Below, piece by piece: positions 61,961-64,000 of a stretch of 64,000 nt of DNA; the first letter of the stretch is position 1; every line of letters starts with the position of its first letter. The notes below the pieces were generated by a model, which did no database searches, had not been told where the DNA came from, and saw nothing but the letters and a program-made list of their open reading frames with translations. This stretch comes from Glaucostegus cemiculus. Lineage: Eukaryota. Position numbers and translations under genes: made by a program. The DNA lies in NCBI GenBank assembly GCA_976551045.1, contig CDPCPM010000281.1, positions 2,852,001 to 2,916,000 of the forward strand. Reading direction: 5' to 3'.

Positions 61961-63709
61961 AAGAATGTAAGTGTGTGCAAGATAGTGGTGCATTTTAATT
62001 TTTCCATCACAGTGCCAGATTCACAAACAGAAGTTCAAGTAGTTTTACTGCAATGAGACCTATACGCAGAAGTTTTATTTTTACTTTTTGGGGTCTTGGC
62101 AGCACACCTTCCTGCTTCACCCGGCTTCATTTAAATTAGTTGTCAGGTGTCAGCCCACGCGGATCTCCTGAGCTTTGCTATGCAGAACGATGACCAGATA
62201 GCACAGAGTCATGTGGAACCACAAACCAAATCCGACTTACACTACAAGAAGCATTTAATTTGATGAGCAGATTTTTAGGGCCATAATATTACAGGTCTGC
62301 AATGCTGTCAAATGTAGGATTCAGCCAGCAGAGAGTGAGAATGCGAGTGCTGTTTGCAGTCAGCCATCCAATTGTAATATAAAAGTGCATTTCTTCATCA
62401 CTGAAAGTTGCATTTTGACTAGGGGGCAATAGTGTATGAGGGGCATTATTTGATCAGCTGTTTCCTGGCTTTTACTTCCCTTAACTTAGCTTGTCCAAAT
62501 CCTTTATTTGTGTTTTAGAGCAGTTCTGCAGCACAGTCTTCCTTATTTACTGTTGTATTACATCATTTTAGAATATACTTAATTGCTGTTCTATTTTTTC
62601 TATTTGTTTGTCATTAAAAGTGTTATCTGCTAAGAATAAGACAAGTTAATTTTTTTTTAGTCTTCAATTAGCTGGCATATTAGATCGCATGTAGTTCAGA
62701 TATCATTTGTCATTTTGTTACTAGAATTATTTTGATATTTTTAAGAATTTTAGCAAAAACTTGTATATTTTAAGATACATGTACAAACACATATTCGCAG
62801 AAAAATGAAAAATCCTGTCGACTTGACCTTTAACACTTTGAAAAGCATTCACAGGGGAAATTTAGCAGTCTCTGAAGGAGCTAGGATCAATCAATGGCTG
62901 ATTATGTTCTCATTCTGTGCTGGATTGATCTTTTACTGAACTGATGATAACAGGCCTTTGCCTGCTTCAAGAGGCAACCCAAAATGGGCTTTGACACGAT
63001 TGGTTGTGACAGGGATCAATCTGAATCCTGCTGAGTGGTATGAAAGGCAGGCACCCCCAAAGATCTGAGAAAGCTACTCCGATTCATTGTGATGCCCTTG
63101 TGATGGCAAATTTGTTCCTTCCAAAGACTCCTTTATGTTTTTCCTCCAACTGTAACAGAGAACCAATTTCAGAATTCAGCGGGCCAAACCGAGAAATTGG
63201 CAGATGCAGCCCTTGAACGTTTGCCTTCAGTTGGAAAGAAGAGAATGATTTCTTTATGTGGTAATGAGGATGACAAAAAAGAAAGCAGTAGGGCAGATCA
63301 ATACAGGAATGACAGATTAGAAGAGACACTTCATTTAAGACCAAAAAAAATACAGAAAACCTTTCCTCTTTAATATGGTAACTTATCAGAATTTGCATCA
63401 GATTTCCACTGCTTTTTAAAATTGCACTTGTCAAGTATTACATGTGGCATAAAAGAAAAATATTGATTAAAATTACGTGCCTATGACTTGCGAGGCAGCC
63501 ATGCAGCAGACTGTTTCGAAACACTGCCCTTCCAATGGATGTCATGATTACTAGCCAAGTATGCTGCTCTGTTTGACTGGTATGAATGCCACTGTAATAC
63601 ATTGAGGTTTATCTCCATGAAGGTTAGCTCCTTTATTGGAAGCTTCATGTTAGTATGAGATCAATATGGTTTTAAAAAGTATGGCATAGTCAGGCAATGC
63701 AGAATACAT

Positions 63710-63790
63710 GAAAAACACAATGATGCTGGAGGAACTCAGCAGGCCAGGCAGCATCCGTGGAGAAAAGCAGATGATCAGTGTTTTGGGACA
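63710..63790 (-). mobile_element. Penelope-derived hairpin-family half element
   Basis: cacaatgatgctggaggaactcagcaggccaggcagcatccgtggag, nearly identical to the arm at 41448-41495. Confidence 0.8.
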
Positions 63791-64000
63791 CACCAATTGG
63801 GACCAGGCCTGTGATTTGAATTTGAAGCCAAACAAACACTCCCCATAAACAAATCATACAATTCTAATGCAGCATTTGCAATAAGACAGATGAATTGTCA
63901 GCACAAACAGCAACATATGAGTACGATCCAATCACAGAGCAGGGTGATTAAGACTGGGTGCTCAATATTCTAGATTCTACAATTCCAAAATAACAGGCCA

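Noticed and set aside
1-64000. Intronic snoRNAs, CRISPR arrays or prokaryotic systems
   Set aside because: The sequence is clearly vertebrate. No convincing C/D or H/ACA box pair with terminal stems was found by eye; an Rfam scan is needed to exclude snoRNAs.

Overview
Eukaryotic, AT-rich, intron-dominated window from a vertebrate, most likely a cartilaginous fish (shark or ray), judged from its HE1-type V-SINEs, SacSINE1-type DeuSINEs and CR1/HER1, Rex1, RTE, L2 and Penelope repeats. The whole window lies inside acetyl-CoA carboxylase alpha (ACACA) on the + strand. Eleven consecutive GT-AG coding exons (2743-56625) splice in frame and encode most of the carboxyltransferase domain (IGMVAWKM...LAERL); the gene start and end are outside the window. 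The introns, one of them about 25 kb, hold many decayed retroelements. The most notable observations are four. (1) A family of short Penelope-derived, hairpin-forming insertions with clear target-site duplications carries decayed minimal hammerhead-ribozyme cores, and a GIY-YIG remnant of the likely parent element is present. (2) An unexplained ~370-bp diverged duplication with conserved splice-like signals, plus several exon-like ORFs, lies in the 25-kb intron. (3) An RTE LINE shows twin-priming-like 5' inversion. (4) Several CpG-retaining, TF-motif-dense blocks may be long-range enhancers. All repeat and motif calls were made by eye, not by database search.
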